Shown: positions 28,080-37,652, numbered from the stretch's first letter. The stretch: 51,466 nt of DNA from a virus (IMGVR_UViG_3300033998_000199:1-51466), one strand, 5' to 3'. Notes: generated by a model from the sequence alone, not told the origin. Numbers and translations are program-made.

Positions 28080-28370
28080 CTATGGCCGAAACAACGGCCA
28101 CAACGTACCACCGTTTTTCTTGTACTCGCGAGTAATATCCGCCCAGTACTTGCGAACCACTTCCAAAAGATCAATTTCCTCTGCTAGCGTGTAGGCGCCT
28201 CCGGCGGGGCCTTTCACCTTCGTTTCGGCCCACCACTTCCCGCCCGAGCGAAATACCCGCCACGCCACGGGTGGGCCTGCTCTGAATGTGACAAATGAAA
28301 ACTCAGGCTCACCTTGCAGCGGGTACATCTCGGGCAATCTCTCAACGAACTCTTCAGGGGTCATCTTCAT
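28080..28370 (-). CDS. Hypothetical protein
   Basis: AAAGGAG RBS. Confidence 0.6.
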   Translation of the reverse strand: MKMTPEEFVERLPEMYPLQGEPEFSFVTFRAGPPVAWRVFRSGGKWWAETKVKGPAGGAYTLAEEIDLLEVVRKYWADITREYKKNGGTLWPLFRP

Positions 28371-28456
28371 CTTCTTCTCCTTTCATGCCCGGCGGCTTAT
28401 CCCGCCCGCGGCTATGTACGCGCCCTCCGGCTAGTAGCCATCATTGGGCAACCAAC

Positions 28457-28666
28457 TCAAACCCCACGCCGTAGGGCAGCGACGGCAGCCTGCCTCGCTA
28501 AGGGGTGAGCAGGCTTCTCCCCCTTGGCAACGGCTTCCAACCAGGAGATAATTTCCTGGCAGGAAAAACCGCTCACAGGGTCAACGCCGTCATTGTCGAC
28601 GGCCCTTTCATACTGTACGAGGGCCGCCCTCACGTTCGCAGGGTAAACAACCGAAAACATTTTCAT
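28457..28666 (-). CDS. Hypothetical protein
   Basis: GAGGAGG RBS; coupled to the upstream gene. Confidence 0.55.
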   Translation of the reverse strand: MKMFSVVYPANVRAALVQYERAVDNDGVDPVSGFSCQEIISWLEAVAKGEKPAHPLARQAAVAALRRGV

Positions 28667-28927
28667 TCATTCCTCCTCTTCTTCAGGATAAAGAGCATCT
28701 ACAACGTCCCGCACGTCTTGCGCATCCTGCAAGACGTTGCAGAGTTTACCGATCAGTTCCACTTCCTTCCAACCGACGGAAAGAGGAGCTACCCTATCGT
28801 CCAACCGTTCCCCTCCGGGTAGCGAGACAAGTATCTTCATAACTAGACGCTGGAAGTCCTCGGTTTCGCTAGGTAGCCAAGCCTGCAACTCTTCCACCAC
28901 GGCCTTCACTTCTTCGCGCATAGCCAC
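28667..28927 (-). CDS. Hypothetical protein
   Basis: GAGGAGGAG RBS. Confidence 0.6.
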   Translation of the reverse strand: MAMREEVKAVVEELQAWLPSETEDFQRLVMKILVSLPGGERLDDRVAPLSVGWKEVELIGKLCNVLQDAQDVRDVVDALYPEEEEE

Positions 28928-28933
28928 TCCTCC

Positions 28934-29197
28934 TCACTCAACGTAGTAATCATATATTTTGAGTTGTACATCTACAGGCACTTCTTCAAAGTCGTCTTCT
29001 TCCGGCAAATATCTAGTACAAGTTTCATCGAAACAAACAATCCACGAATGATAAGTTTTCCTCATGTATTGAAACAGCTCTTCTGCATTACGAAACTCCT
29101 TCACCTCAAGAAAATCCCAATCAGACGCTTTTGTGATACCTGCTCTTATCAAGTAATTTCCCTCCTTCGCGTCAAATCTTATTTGCAAGCTCTTCAT
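28934..29197 (-). CDS. Hypothetical protein
   Basis: ORF in operon orientation; AT-richer than its neighbours. Confidence 0.5.
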   Translation of the reverse strand: MKSLQIRFDAKEGNYLIRAGITKASDWDFLEVKEFRNAEELFQYMRKTYHSWIVCFDETCTRYLPEEDDFEEVPVDVQLKIYDYYVE

Positions 29198-29361
29198 AAC
29201 CCAACTCTAACAACACTCCCCGCAAGAATGGACGGTCAACGGCTTTTTGCTTGCCGAAAATCTTCAACACGCACACTAGCTTTTCCTGGCTGGATAGCTT
29301 AGGATTGTCCATTATGGCAAATATTTTGTTTATAGTTTCCTTACGCATAAAGCATTACCTC

Positions 29362-30063
29362 CTAGTAGGCCGCCAAAAGACTGCGACACGCCTTATAAGC
29401 TTCCAACGCCTCAGCAAACTGCGGATCGTCTTCCAAGTAGTCGCGAAGCTCTCTTACATCCGAAAATACTTTGCTGCTACCGTCACCATTTAACAAGAAT
29501 ACCTGGCCTGCATAAATGCTCCCTTCTTGCTCAAGGAGCAGGGCGAATTCTTCTGGCACGTAGTAAGTCAAACCGTTCTCTTTTGGGTCTTCACCAAAGA
29601 AGCCATAGCAGGAGTCTTCCACCTCAAAATTGTGACCTGTCCAAGAATACGCCACGAACCCATAGACGCGCCCTTCCAAGTAAAGACTGTATTCTTCCAC
29701 TTCACCCTTGAGAAGCTCTTCCACCTTTTGTCGCACTTCGGCAGTTACCTTTTTGACTCCAAAGTTTTCCTTAATCTTGGCATAACTAGCGTAAATGTAA
29801 CCAACTTGGCCACTGTCCCAAGGGTCATTAAACGGCCTGGTAGACATTGCCAGACCGCTATGGTCGTACAAGTAAAGCGGCAGAACTACGAACTGCTTCT
29901 CGCCCCCGTTCTTGCGAACAAAGCGCCAGAAATCCTCCGGCGTACCAAAGGCGTGCTTGTCTCCCAAGTCGTAGCGTTTATGCCAGCAAACCATTGTTCC
30001 TAGGTTGTCCCATTCTCTGGGATTCTCTGGACTCTCGTCTAGCACGATTTTCAGAAAACGCAT
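29362..30063 (-). CDS. Conserved-looking mobile-element hypothetical protein
   Basis: NPREWDNLG..HKRYDLGD..LPLYLYDHSG..WDSGQVG..DSCYGF motif series; AAAAGGAGG RBS. Confidence 0.7.
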   Translation of the reverse strand: MRFLKIVLDESPENPREWDNLGTMVCWHKRYDLGDKHAFGTPEDFWRFVRKNGGEKQFVVLPLYLYDHSGLAMSTRPFNDPWDSGQVGYIYASYAKIKENFGVKKVTAEVRQKVEELLKGEVEEYSLYLEGRVYGFVAYSWTGHNFEVEDSCYGFFGEDPKENGLTYYVPEEFALLLEQEGSIYAGQVFLLNGDGSSKVFSDVRELRDYLEDDPQFAEALEAYKACRSLLAAY

Positions 30064-30230
30064 CAGAATTCCCTCCTTTTGATCATTAAGCAACCGTTCC
30101 AACGATCCTCTAAAACACTCCAACCACACAAACACCAGGGAACCAAGGCAATGGTGCCAATCGGTGCGGTGAGCTTATTAACCGCCTAAAACACCTCCAG
30201 CCTGGAAATATGTATTAGAGGAAGAGGAGA

Positions 30231-30542
30231 TTACTCCTCTTCCTCAACAACGGGTAGATCACTCAAGAAGTCAGTTGCCTTGAGGACGGCCTGCACGGCG
30301 TCAGCTATAGCATGAGCTGCCTTCTCGTCAGTAGGCACGACAACTGACAAGTGGTCTCCATCTTTGATTTCTCCCCAACTTACAAATAACCTCTCCGAAA
30401 CGGCCTCCAGGATTTCAGGGGAGCCCTGAATCCTCACCCGGAAGCCGTCTTCTCCTAGGTCTCTTACACATACCAACACACTAGGCACCTCAAATACAAC
30501 CGCGTAAACGCTGCTTGTCTGTGGAGACTTAAATGTCTTCAT
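30231..30542 (-). CDS. Hypothetical protein
   Basis: AAGGAGG RBS. Confidence 0.65.
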   Translation of the reverse strand: MKTFKSPQTSSVYAVVFEVPSVLVCVRDLGEDGFRVRIQGSPEILEAVSERLFVSWGEIKDGDHLSVVVPTDEKAAHAIADAVQAVLKATDFLSDLPVVEEEE

Positions 30543-30563
30543 TTCCCAAAACCTCCTTAGTTT

Positions 30564-31361
30564 TTAGTTTTTCTTAAGGAACGAATTACATCCAACATCG
30601 TCTTCAAATATTTCCCAATCATACACCAGACACGTTCCTTCCATACTCGCTTTTGAGTATGGAAGGAAATGAGCGCACTCTCCGCAACACCTCCCTTCGG
30701 CGTTTTTGTCCCGTCGGTGTGAAGAAGCAGCGCCACCTCCCTTAACAACAATGCCGTAATCGTCCCAGTAGTCGTAATAACTGAATCCCGAAATGATAGT
30801 CTTGGCAGGCTCGTACTTCTCCAACTCCGGCCTGCCAAGAACTTCTGCAACCTCCTTTATTTGCTCCTTGGTCTCAAGGACCTTGGAGCAATATTTCTCT
30901 CGCAATAGCTTAATGGGATCTTGTACACCTAAGCGGCCAAGTAGGACAGATGCAAAGTAACCCGTCCTGCCGTGGCCGCCTATGCAGAAAACTCCGATTG
31001 ACTTCCCTTCTGCATATTTTTGCAGAAGGTAGTCAATTTCGCGTAAAAGCACGTCGCGAGGGAGTATAGACATATCGCGAACCGGCACGTAATGAATTTC
31101 CCCACGCCAACCCTTGTCCCACACGTCCCCGTGGAGGGAATCAAGCGGGACAAGGATGTCTACCTTATGCTCGTTTGCCATTTTTATAGATTCAGACAAA
31201 CTCCCAACCAATATCCGGGGGTAAACCTCTACCGGCCCAGTATGGCAGGGAGTATACTTAGTTCCTGCTGTCGTTGTTGGCAGGTTCGTAGTTGCCAAGT
31301 TGTTCTTCAAAATCTTCTCCATACGCTTCCTCCTGTTCCTCTTCTTCTTGCTCATACTCAT
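30564..31361 (-). CDS. Dual-specificity / protein-tyrosine phosphatase-like protein
   Basis: CX5R loop FCIGGHGRTG, upstream PVRD general acid, ETKEQ; Cys-rich C-terminus. Confidence 0.85.
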   Translation of the reverse strand: MSMSKKKRNRRKRMEKILKNNLATTNLPTTTAGTKYTPCHTGPVEVYPRILVGSLSESIKMANEHKVDILVPLDSLHGDVWDKGWRGEIHYVPVRDMSILPRDVLLREIDYLLQKYAEGKSIGVFCIGGHGRTGYFASVLLGRLGVQDPIKLLREKYCSKVLETKEQIKEVAEVLGRPELEKYEPAKTIISGFSYYDYWDDYGIVVKGGGAASSHRRDKNAEGRCCGECAHFLPYSKASMEGTCLVYDWEIFEDDVGCNSFLKKN

Positions 31362-32148
31362 ATTCTTCCTCCTCTTCTTCCTCTTCCTGGTCTTCGACAA
31401 TTTCGTCGGGGAGAATTGCTTCTCCCCAACTCACTGGGGAGTATTCGAGAACAAGCTTCACGCAATAGTCAATGTCTGCTTGCGTGCTCTTAGAACGCTC
31501 TCTAAAAGCACGCATAAATTCGGGGAGTATGCCAAGGTTGCAGGCACGTTCAATCAATGCCTGCAACTTGGTAGAGAGGAACAATTCATAAATTAGGTCT
31601 TCAGGAGCGTAACTCCGCTTCATGTCAAGCAGTTCTTCGTATCTAGAAGAACTGCACATTTCGAATATTCCAGCCTGGTACTTGTCAAAGTACGGTGAAG
31701 AATTGTGTGACAAATCAACGCAATGGTCTATGAACGTTACATCATCCCACTTTCCATACTGAAGACCGGCGTGGGCAATTCTAGCCCACGCTTCTCCACC
31801 GTAGTTACTTCCCCAGTCCAATTCGTTGAAAAGCCTATAACAAGCACGCAATACGCTGTAAGGCTCGTATCTTTTTGCATACTCCATCGCAGAACCGCGT
31901 CCGCCGCCTTGCGGGATGTACGGGTTATAATAACCCGTACAAGCACGGGCATGGCGTGCTTCACCGGCACAAGCAAGGACCGTGTAGTCAAACACGGCCC
32001 TTGCAAGGTTTTTAACATAAGCTTCCTTGTAAGAACGGAAATCACGCTCCCACTTCTCGTGAGACTTAAGGAAAGGATCAACAGCCTTTAGCGCATCCAC
32101 CAAGGAGATCCCATAAAATTCACTGACGACGAAACTAACTTCAATCAC
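31258..32148 (-). CDS. Hypothetical helical protein with acidic tail
   Basis: AAGGAGG RBS; motifs GEARHA, YGGEAW, FIDHCVDLSHN; poly-Glu C-terminus. Confidence 0.7.
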   Translation of the reverse strand: MIEVSFVVSEFYGISLVDALKAVDPFLKSHEKWERDFRSYKEAYVKNLARAVFDYTVLACAGEARHARACTGYYNPYIPQGGGRGSAMEYAKRYEPYSVLRACYRLFNELDWGSNYGGEAWARIAHAGLQYGKWDDVTFIDHCVDLSHNSSPYFDKYQAGIFEMCSSSRYEELLDMKRSYAPEDLIYELFLSTKLQALIERACNLGILPEFMRAFRERSKSTQADIDYCVKLVLEYSPVSWGEAILPDEIVEDQEEEEEEEEYEYEQEEEEQEEAYGEDFEEQLGNYEPANNDSRN

Positions 32149-32192
32149 AGTAAACCCTCCTTGACCTGGTGTAGGTATGTATTAGCAGGGTT

Positions 32193-32384
32193 TTAACCCT
32201 GCTTATTAACGCGCTCCCTTTCCAGAATTAGGAAAGGAAGCTCGACCTCCGGCAACAAGTTGCCGGAAGCTAAGTAATCCAAAACCTGGTTCGCAAAGGC
32301 TTCCACTCTCGCCAACTCCTCCCGGGAAGGCTGCTTCCCGACAAGGGAGAAACAGAACCTAATGCCATCGTCATACCACCGCAT
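32193..32384 (-). CDS. Hypothetical protein
   Basis: AAGGAGG RBS. Confidence 0.55.
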   Translation of the reverse strand: MRWYDDGIRFCFSLVGKQPSREELARVEAFANQVLDYLASGNLLPEVELPFLILERERVNKQG

Positions 32385-32454
32385 GATGATCCTCCTTCAC
32401 AAAAATTCACCCCGGCCGTTTTGACCGGGGCGTGGTATGTACAGAAAGAGAAGG

Positions 32455-32775
32455 TTAAAGCACCTTCTCTGTAAAGAGTTCAGGAAGTCTATAACCGCGT
32501 AGGAGCTCTTCATCGCCGCCGTAGTAGCCAATGTAGGAAATGGCAGCAGCTAGAACTTTCTCCTTCTGGGAACGAAACGGTGGACAATCGCCGCCGTAGC
32601 AGCCACGATGCTTGCCTTTTAATACTTCCTTCAATGAAGGGTAGGCTCGAACCACGATCGTGGTATTCGTTTCATCATCATAATGGGCTTCTGTTATGTC
32701 GACAAAACCGGCACTAACTTCCACAAAAAGCCCGTAATCAGGGGAGTAAGAATCAGTTAATACCATTGTTAGCAC
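32455..32775 (-). CDS. Hypothetical protein
   Basis: AAAGGAG RBS. Confidence 0.6.
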   Translation of the reverse strand: MLTMVLTDSYSPDYGLFVEVSAGFVDITEAHYDDETNTTIVVRAYPSLKEVLKGKHRGCYGGDCPPFRSQKEKVLAAAISYIGYYGGDEELLRGYRLPELFTEKVL

Positions 32776-32784
32776 CTCTCCTTT

Positions 32785-32985
32785 CTAACAATGATAGTTA
32801 AGGTAACATTGCAAATTGCAGAAAGCTCCTTCAGCAAAACGCGTCCCAAACTTTTCGTATTCGCTTTCTGGAATATACTGGAACAACGTCCTCTTTTCCC
32901 TTCCGCACCAAGCACAAGTTCCTCCAGGAACAGAAACCCTAACTAAACCTTCTCTCGCAAAGGGATCATAGCCAACAACCACCAC
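32785..32985 (-). CDS. Small Zn-finger-like protein
   Basis: CAWC...FCNLQC. Confidence 0.6.
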   Translation of the reverse strand: MVVVGYDPFAREGLVRVSVPGGTCAWCGREKRTLFQYIPESEYEKFGTRFAEGAFCNLQCYLNYHC

Positions 32986-33042
32986 AAGAAACCTCCCCTC
33001 TCATGGAGGAATATGTACCAAAAGGACTAGGCAATTAAGCGC

Positions 33043-33438
33043 CTAGTCCAAGGCAATCTCTTCAACCAAACATTGATAAAGAACGTTGCCGATATACTCT
33101 TTCACGTCTTGGTATTTCCCAAATGGACCTTTGACAACAACGTCAATTTCAGCGAGCGTTAACAAAGGTTTTACCGTAGCGACAAAATCAATCCAACCAA
33201 CGTAATAACCTTCTTCCATCACGTGATAAGACCCTACCAACACAAGCTTGTCTTTGCTGGTCCTTTCAATATCAACCTTCACGCCGGCGTCGAAACCAGA
33301 CCCATGCGGCAGGTAGTTTTCCTCCACCTGCCGGATAGTCTCCAAATGCCTTTCTTCCCATTCAGCATTTCCTGTTTTACGGCAATTTTTCACGGCGTCA
33401 ACTTTCCCAGCGAGAATTTGGTAAACTTTGCCTTTCAT
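33043..33438 (-). CDS. Hypothetical protein, first gene of the early leftward operon
   Basis: AAAGGAG RBS before ATG 33438; LPHGSGFDAG motif. Confidence 0.7.
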   Translation of the reverse strand: MKGKVYQILAGKVDAVKNCRKTGNAEWEERHLETIRQVEENYLPHGSGFDAGVKVDIERTSKDKLVLVGSYHVMEEGYYVGWIDFVATVKPLLTLAEIDVVVKGPFGKYQDVKEYIGNVLYQCLVEEIALD

Positions 33439-33466
33439 GGAAACCTCTCCTTTCCAGGGTATGTAT

Positions 33467-33841
33467 GCTAGCCAACGGCGTTGGTTGGCGTGTTTGCAAC
33501 CAGCTTGCGTCCAAGCGCAAGCGTAAAGCGAATGAGCGACGTACTGGCGCGCGTACGCAAGGCTAGCTTTACGTACGTTCGCGCGTAGCAGCTTGCATGT
33601 TGCCATCAAGCTGCAAGCCTGCCGGACACTTGCCGCACGTCGCCCAGGCCGCCTTAGCTACTGCCAAAAGCTGGCAGTGGGTTGGCGTCCCAGACTAGAG
33701 CGGTAGGCCGGAATCCCAATCCTACTCTGGTATTCGGCACCCGTCATTGTAGGGCAGGGAATACTTCCCACTAGGTTGTCGCGGGTGTCAAGCTTGCTTG
33801 ACTAACAGTTGTTAGACAAGCGCGCTTGACACGGCGGCAAC
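33467..33841. ncRNA. Highly structured non-coding region (candidate ncRNA or ssDNA structure)
   Basis: Multiple hairpins including a 67 nt imperfect palindrome at 33775-33841; no credible CDS. Confidence 0.45.
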
Positions 33842-33850
33842 AGCTGGTCT

Positions 33851-33871
33851 TTATTCGGATTGTCAATGTAC
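33851..33871 (-). promoter_or_regulatory. boxA-like antitermination element
   Basis: GTACATTGACAATCCGAATAA resembles Firmicute rrn-leader boxA; about 120 nt downstream of the early promoter. Confidence 0.45.
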
Positions 33872-33998
33872 GGTTGGTCGCTAGCCGGTCACTGTGCCGA
33901 CGTTACCAGTTGCCATGGGAGAAGGACTGTTGCTGGTTGCTATCACTTCCTCCTTTCCGTTTGCTAGCGCTTGTTCTCTAGCGCCTTGTTCTGGCTCC

Positions 33999-34027
33999 AT
34001 TGTACTATCTACCGTCTTGTATTACAA
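33999..34027 (-). promoter_or_regulatory. sigmaA promoter for the early leftward operon
   Basis: TTGTAA-17 bp-TACAAT. Confidence 0.6.
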
Positions 34028-34406
34028 CTGACGTTATAGCGCATTTTGGGTGATCTACGGCCGTTAGATGCGCCAAGCTCTGCCGCGCTCACTCACCCTA
34101 ATATTTTCACGGTTTTTCACAATACCTGCCGGCCGGCCCCGGCCAGGGGGCGCAACCGATGATGCGCAGCCGGCCCAGGTATGATAACAGTTTTCATTCG
34201 CCACTCTCTCACAATTCCGTCGACTACACTTTTGCCAATTTTGCAAATTGTATGGGTACCCCGGTCCGAGCCGGAACGCGCGAAGAACCGCCACGGACTA
34301 GACTTACCGCTCTATACATACCCCGCCCTGGTATTTTCGGGCCGGTACGGAAAAAGTGCCTATTCACACAGTTGTTGGTACAACACACTAACAATTCCTC
34401 ACCAAG

Positions 34407-34738
34407 TGTCCCCTGCTGTCCCCTGACTGTCCCCTGGGCCGGGGGACACGATTTCGCGAGCTTGGAGGAGAGAGAGAGAGAAAGAGAAAGATTTACTATA
34501 CTGTCCCCTTTGTCCCCTTAACGCGGTACATAAGACCCTTCCTAGAGTCGGTTTTCCATACCCCCTCATGAGTGTAGAGGAGGAAAAACACAAAAAAGTT
34601 AGAGGTCTCTCTCCTGGAAAAATGGGGGACATAGGGGACACGACCACCAAACCCGCGTCGCTACTGGCTGGAGCTGTCCCCTGGGCCGGGGGACAAGTCC
34701 CCTTTTTCAGGGGACAGACCACCCCCAAATAGGGGACA
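34407..34738. repeat. Iteron cluster, putative replication origin
   Basis: 12 exact TGTCCCC/GGGGACA copies in both orientations; 22-mer CTGTCCCCTGGGCCGGGGGACA at 34427 and 34674; just downstream of the primase-helicase. Confidence 0.8.
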
Positions 34739-34901
34739 AAAAAGCGCCCCAGCCATTTTTTGCAGCTGGGGCTAAGAGATTTCATGGCATACTCGTATGG
34801 GGTATTATTTCCGGTATTTTTTCTTGCTGCAAATGCAGGGTTCTTTTAGGGGGCACTCGCTGCATAGGCCATCGAAAAGGAGTGTAGGGTACATACACGT
34901 G

Positions 34902-37454
34902 TCACTCAGCTTGATCTTCGTCTTCTTCACTTTCGACGACCTCCCAGACGTTCGGCGGCAACTGCCAAACGTAAGCCCTGCCGCCACACACTCTTATGCG
35001 CTTGACTTTCTTGCCCTTGTCCGTGGTCAGCAGTCCCTCCTGGAACAGCATGTCGGCCAGCGTGTTCTGCGTTACGGCTATCCGGTCGGTGGAGCGCAGG
35101 TATTCGTTGACTTCGCGCCACGCGGCGTCTGGGATCAAGTACACACCCCCGGAATCCTGCCAACCGATCATCCTACTGCTGACGGAGAAATCGTTTGTAA
35201 CCAGGGGATTCCCCGTGGCACGGTCTGCCAGGTAGACAACGCCTTGGGTGAGCATTGCACTCAAAGTCCGCAGGAACTTGCGCGTTGGCCTTTCCTCGGT
35301 AAGGAGGGCATCGTGCTTGGTAGCTATGGAGGTTAGGGCGTTCCAGCCTTGATTCCACAGGCGATCGCGCTCTTCACGCGTTATTGCGTTGGTTTCCAGG
35401 GCATAGGTGAGGAAGAGCTCCCACCCTATGGCTAGATGGGCGACGCTGCTCGCCAGGCGGGCGTAGTTGCCGGTGAGGGCTTGAGCACGTAGCTCAACAA
35501 AGCGTTCGCCCAGCGAATTCGCCAGGGAGGACATCCGCCCGGCCAACCATTCAATGTAACCGCGCATCGCTTTGGCCAACTCCGACTGTCTCGCCTGCGC
35601 CTCGGTGAGGGCATTAATGTTGATCTTGTCTTTTTCGCATTTGACAGGAAGAATACGCGCGGCGATGCTGTTTACGCCGAGAGGTAATTGCTCGCCGGTG
35701 GAAACAACCATAGCGTTGGGAATGAATTCCGGCCTGCCGGATAGGTCGCTCCGCAAACGGCTACGGGAAGTCCGGTTTCCTACTTGGCGAAGGATACGGT
35801 CTACGCGGTGTTCTAACTCCTTGGCAGCACGGGCACTCCTTTCCGGCGCGTAGTCGTCAATTACGTAGAGGACATCGTGCGCCAGGAAGAGGGCGCGTTC
35901 TAGGGAGTTTTCGGTGCTTATCCAACTGCCGGGAAGGCTCTCTCCGGTAAACGGGCCGCCAAAATGACAGGACATAAGCGCCGCCAGTGTGGACTTGAAG
36001 CTACCGGTGTCCCCGTACAGCCAGAGAGTCACCGTTGGGTACAGCAGGCAGCAGGTCGGGGCGCGGTATACCGCCGCCAGGAGGGGGATTATTACTTCCG
36101 GTGGGCCGATGCTGAGTAAGTCTAGGCTAAGTCTCGCACTTTCCTTTTCGTTTGGTAAGGAAAACCGCCGGAGGGATTCCTGATCCGGCTCGACGGTCGC
36201 ATTGGGTAGCCCTACTGCCCCACCCGTGTAAAGGTAAACCCAGTTGCCGTTCAGTTTACGCCATCCCAAATGTGTGAACACAGTTTTGCGCGGGATGCCT
36301 TGGTTGCCAACACTACTGGCGCTTAGATACTGAATTGCCGCACGGAGCTTGTCCTTCACTCCGTTACCGGCTTCGATGTTGGCTTCTGCTCCCCACCCTG
36401 CCACTACCCAGTTCATGGCGGTGAACTTGTCTGCCGGGACGGTTAGCGGTTGCAGGGGTTTACCGCTGGCCAACCTGCCGGTTATTTGGAAGTAAAGCGT
36501 TTGTTCCACGCCGTCATCTTTTAACGTTTCCTCTGTAATTCTGGCTTGAAAGTTGCAGAGCGGTGTGTAAATGATTCCGTCTTCGGTGTATTTGACGCTG
36601 CAAATCTGGCCGTTCCGGACCGCGTATTTGACATCGTCCGAATGGCTTGCCTGCACCAGGGCTATACCAAGCACTGATCCCAGCGTGCGGAGCGACCCGC
36701 TGCGTTCACAGGCGAAGCATTTGAAGCCTTTTGGGCCGAAGTCCAGGCTGGGGGTTTTCTCACTGTGGAATATGCAGAGGGCTTTGCGGTCGCCGTCGTC
36801 GTCCTCTACGGCAGATACGCCTTCCAGCGAGTCAGTAACGGCTTCAAGAAGCTCACTTTCGTCGTAGACTACCTTCAGCGGCCTAGCGCGGTTGATTAGA
36901 GAAATGATGTTTTCTCTCGTCTTGTTGAAGTCACCGCTGTTGGCCTGGTGCAGATCGTTTAAGTCATGTATTCCCTCTTGGGCTAGTGCTGGTGCCGTGA
37001 CCAAAAGCTGCAAATTTTCCGGCTTGGCGGCAGCCAGCCTGCTGAGGAGGTGCGCTGCGGCTTCGTCGGCGTCCAGGAAGATTACGACCTGGCTGAAGTC
37101 CTCCGCTAGGAGCCACCACGCGTCTTTCCAGTTTGTCGCCCCTGGTACTCCCAAGACCGAAAAGCCTGCTCCGGCTGCGGTGGCTGCATCCGTTTCTCCT
37201 TCTACAATAACGAGGGTGTCGTAGTCTCCCTCTTGGTGAAGGAAGTAGGGCATCGGTTTTTGTCCTTTGGTAAATTTGGGCTTTTCGTTTGGTGACGGTC
37301 GGTAGCGTTTTCCTGCTGGCAGGTTGAGTTTGTGTACGGCTGGGTAGGGGATTATTAACTTCCCGTCGAGTACCCTCCAGCCGAGTTCATTGGCAATGTC
37401 TGTTAAACCTCGTTGTTCTAGGAACTCCTGCCAGACCGTTGCTGCGTTGGGCAT
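34902..37454 (-). CDS. Primase-helicase replication protein (TOPRIM, CHC2 Zn finger, DUF927-like P-loop domain)
   Basis: VEGETDA and FLDAD (TOPRIM); CIFHSEKTPS..CFAC; GDTGSFKST and VIDDY. Confidence 0.85.
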   Translation of the reverse strand: MPNAATVWQEFLEQRGLTDIANELGWRVLDGKLIIPYPAVHKLNLPAGKRYRPSPNEKPKFTKGQKPMPYFLHQEGDYDTLVIVEGETDAATAAGAGFSVLGVPGATNWKDAWWLLAEDFSQVVIFLDADEAAAHLLSRLAAAKPENLQLLVTAPALAQEGIHDLNDLHQANSGDFNKTRENIISLINRARPLKVVYDESELLEAVTDSLEGVSAVEDDDGDRKALCIFHSEKTPSLDFGPKGFKCFACERSGSLRTLGSVLGIALVQASHSDDVKYAVRNGQICSVKYTEDGIIYTPLCNFQARITEETLKDDGVEQTLYFQITGRLASGKPLQPLTVPADKFTAMNWVVAGWGAEANIEAGNGVKDKLRAAIQYLSASSVGNQGIPRKTVFTHLGWRKLNGNWVYLYTGGAVGLPNATVEPDQESLRRFSLPNEKESARLSLDLLSIGPPEVIIPLLAAVYRAPTCCLLYPTVTLWLYGDTGSFKSTLAALMSCHFGGPFTGESLPGSWISTENSLERALFLAHDVLYVIDDYAPERSARAAKELEHRVDRILRQVGNRTSRSRLRSDLSGRPEFIPNAMVVSTGEQLPLGVNSIAARILPVKCEKDKININALTEAQARQSELAKAMRGYIEWLAGRMSSLANSLGERFVELRAQALTGNYARLASSVAHLAIGWELFLTYALETNAITREERDRLWNQGWNALTSIATKHDALLTEERPTRKFLRTLSAMLTQGVVYLADRATGNPLVTNDFSVSSRMIGWQDSGGVYLIPDAAWREVNEYLRSTDRIAVTQNTLADMLFQEGLLTTDKGKKVKRIRVCGGRAYVWQLPPNVWEVVESEEDEDQAE

Positions 37455-37469
37455 TGTTTGTCACCTGCC

Positions 37470-37652
37470 CTACTTGGCGGAGCCGAGCAGTTCTTCTAGG
37501 TAGCTCCTGGGGATCGTTATCTTATCGCCGACTTTGACGTGCGGGATTTTGCCCTCCTTGATCAGTTTGTAGGTGTACCAGCGAGATACACCCGTGATTT
37601 CTGCGAACTCTTTGACTGATATTAGTTTTCTTTTCTCGTTTAGTTCTGGCAT
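37470..37652 (-). CDS. HTH_17 excisionase/AlpA-like regulator
   Basis: LISVKEFAEITGVSRWYTYKLIKEGKIPHVKVG. Confidence 0.8.
   Translation of the reverse strand: MPELNEKRKLISVKEFAEITGVSRWYTYKLIKEGKIPHVKVGDKITIPRSYLEELLGSAK

Noticed and set aside
28413-33465. TACATA sites as sporulation sigma (CATA-N3-T) -10 boxes
   Set aside because: Only one of the six early-operon sites has the required final T, and no shared -35 element was seen
33439-33609. N-terminal extension of ORF 33043-33609
   Set aside because: A strong RBS precedes ATG 33438; the upstream part is structured non-coding sequence
34407-34738. CRISPR array
   Set aside because: Repeats are 7 bp, in both orientations and irregularly spaced; they fit iterons. 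No CRISPR array was seen anywhere in the window
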